Origin: Camelus ferus
Taxonomy: Eukaryota
Assembly (NCBI RefSeq): GCF_009834535.1
Contig: NC_045696.1
Coordinates: 4,404,001-4,468,000, forward strand
Direction: 5' to 3'
DNA: 64,000 nt
Each line of letters begins with the position of its first letter. Position 1 is the stretch's first letter. The translations under genes were made by a program, and so were the position numbers. The notes under the pieces were generated by a model that saw only the letters and a list, made by a program, of their open reading frames with translations, was not told the DNA's origin and ran no database searches. Positions 62,490-64,000 of the stretch are shown one piece after another.

Positions 62490-63926
62490 TCACGCAGGCG
62501 ACAGCCCCAGCGCCCGCGGCCTCCCGCAGCCTTCTCTGTGACTGGACAGCCCCGTGGTCGCAGCCATCCTTTTTCTTTCCGTGGCCTGGCTTTCGTTTTT
62601 TCCTGACACCTCTAATGAGTGAAATTTGTGAGGTCGTGAGCTCCCAGGGTTTCCTTGCCCACACACCAGCAGCATGCTTGAGACAGAGGCTTCCCCGTCC
62701 TCTGCACTTCTAGAGTGTTTGCCTTTGGCCTTGACTTTTCCTGGCTCATCTGGCTGCCACCTCTCAAAGCCTTCTAGTGTGAAAGGGCACAGACTGCAGT
62801 CACCCAGATGCTCCCTGAGCTCAAGGATGGTGTGCAAATAAAAGCACACCAACGCATCCTGCAAAGTGGCACCTCTAGTGGGCAGGGGCTGTCCCGAGGA
62901 GGTTGCACCCTTGGTAATGAGCAGGGCTCCCCACTAGCAGTGATCACCCCTGGAGGGCTCCTTGGATTCGTGTCCTGCTGTGCCCCTTATGCAGAAAGGA
63001 TCAGGTAGGGGACAAGCACGCTCCCTCCAAAGCATGTTAATTATACCTCCTCTCCCCCGGAAATCCACAAGGCAGGCTCTGGCCAGAATTCACCAGCCGA
63101 GAGTGTCAGGCGAGGACAGCCGCAGACCTCCTCCTCGGGTCCCCCTGGCAGTTTAAATCTTTCCTTCCCAGTGAACATAAATGAGTCCCCCTCCTCACAG
63201 CAAAATGAGGCAGTTGGTCTCATTTATCTGACATCAAAGGTAGGTTAAGGCGTAGGAAAAAGAATGGGGATGGAAAACACTCTTCAGAGCCCCAAAGCAA
63301 GAAGCTTATTTGCTTTTTGCATTTTCTAGAGACTTTCAGAACCATTCCAGAACGTTAAAAGCTGTGCACCCAATTGGAATAATTGAAGCTGAAATGTCAC
63401 AATGGTATGAATTGCTTCTCAGAGCCAACTGCCAGTCGGGCTGCTGTATTTAATAACGTGAGTACTACAGGTCCCCCAAGTGAGGAGACAGTTTTGCCAC
63501 CAACTGTGGCTTTTTTTTTTCTTTTTTTCACTTTCTCCTTCCTGAGGTGGCCTGGCTGTGGTCCAGGCTCTCCCGAGATCTCTGCCAACAGGAGAAGCAC
63601 CTGCCGGGCCTCTTCCTCGTAGCGCACAGGCTGAGTCTGAATGAGATGAAAAGGGCTGGAAGAACTTGTCCTGTTCTGCTCCCATGCGGTGATGGCTCAA
63701 TTTCCCACAACGTATAGGAATAAAATATGCACGGCTGTTCTACCTGAAGAGCAGGAGCAGGAATTGTTCGGACTTGGTCCACAAATAGAATCATCAGGAA
63801 ACGCTCTGAACCCAGGGGCCCCCGGGGAAATGGTGTCAGGGAGATGGTGTGTCTGAGCAGCTCAGGGCTCAGGGAGAAGCTCCTCCCAGGAATCAAAGCA
63901 CTCGGGGCCCAGCACGGGGGTCCCAC
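62490..63926 (-). pseudogene. Relic segments
   Basis: GRCFSCWQRSRESLDHS; VLTLLNTAARLAV; QDALVCFYLHTILELREHL...FTLEGFERW. Confidence 0.45.
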
Positions 63927-64000
63927 CGCCGCCTTCTCGCAGACGCTAAGCTCTTCCTGCTGATCAGGTTGAGAATGTATCCATTCACCTGCCTGGTCGT

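Larger units (their letters stand above)
1..64000 (-). pseudogene. Decayed multi-exon gene for a giant tandem-repeat protein, probably mesothelin/otoancorin/stereocilin superfamily; likely extends beyond both ends
   Basis: More than 25 separate unique-sequence segments on the minus strand translate into parts of one recurring motif set. Several have polypyrimidine-AG acceptors and GT donors with compatible phases. Most carry stops or frameshifts. The family assignment is inference from recalled motifs. Confidence 0.7.

Noticed and set aside
1..64000. An intact, expressed version of the repeat gene
   Set aside because: Most segments carry stops or frameshifts, and at least one donor site is mutated.
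1..64000. CRISPR array or prokaryotic system
   Set aside because: The sequence is mammalian and has no repeat-spacer arrays or operon structure.

Overview
Mammalian genomic DNA, most likely a camelid (inferred from tRNA-Ala-derived vic-1-type SINEs and the L1 3' ends). There is no intact protein-coding gene. Roughly half the window is transposable-element debris: old and young L1, L2, MIR, MLT1/MER21 LTRs, and MER20/58/63/Tigger-type DNA elements. The main result is that the non-repeat DNA between the TEs, read on the minus strand, repeatedly translates (with stops and frameshifts) into pieces of one recurring helical repeat: F.xF..W.LWF...L.PLL.SF...L..LP..LSC..Y..V.GL ... GC....S..WL..NFG.FS..ASL.D....N..F...L.LLSP.Q.AQLTL. 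At 2.3-3.9 kb these pieces sit in phase-compatible AG/GT exons carrying mesothelin/otoancorin/stereocilin-like motifs. I interpret the window as part of a very large, anciently inactivated multi-exon gene of that superfamily, running right to left and probably past both window ends. The family call comes from motif recognition by eye, not a database search, and many exon boundaries are approximate.
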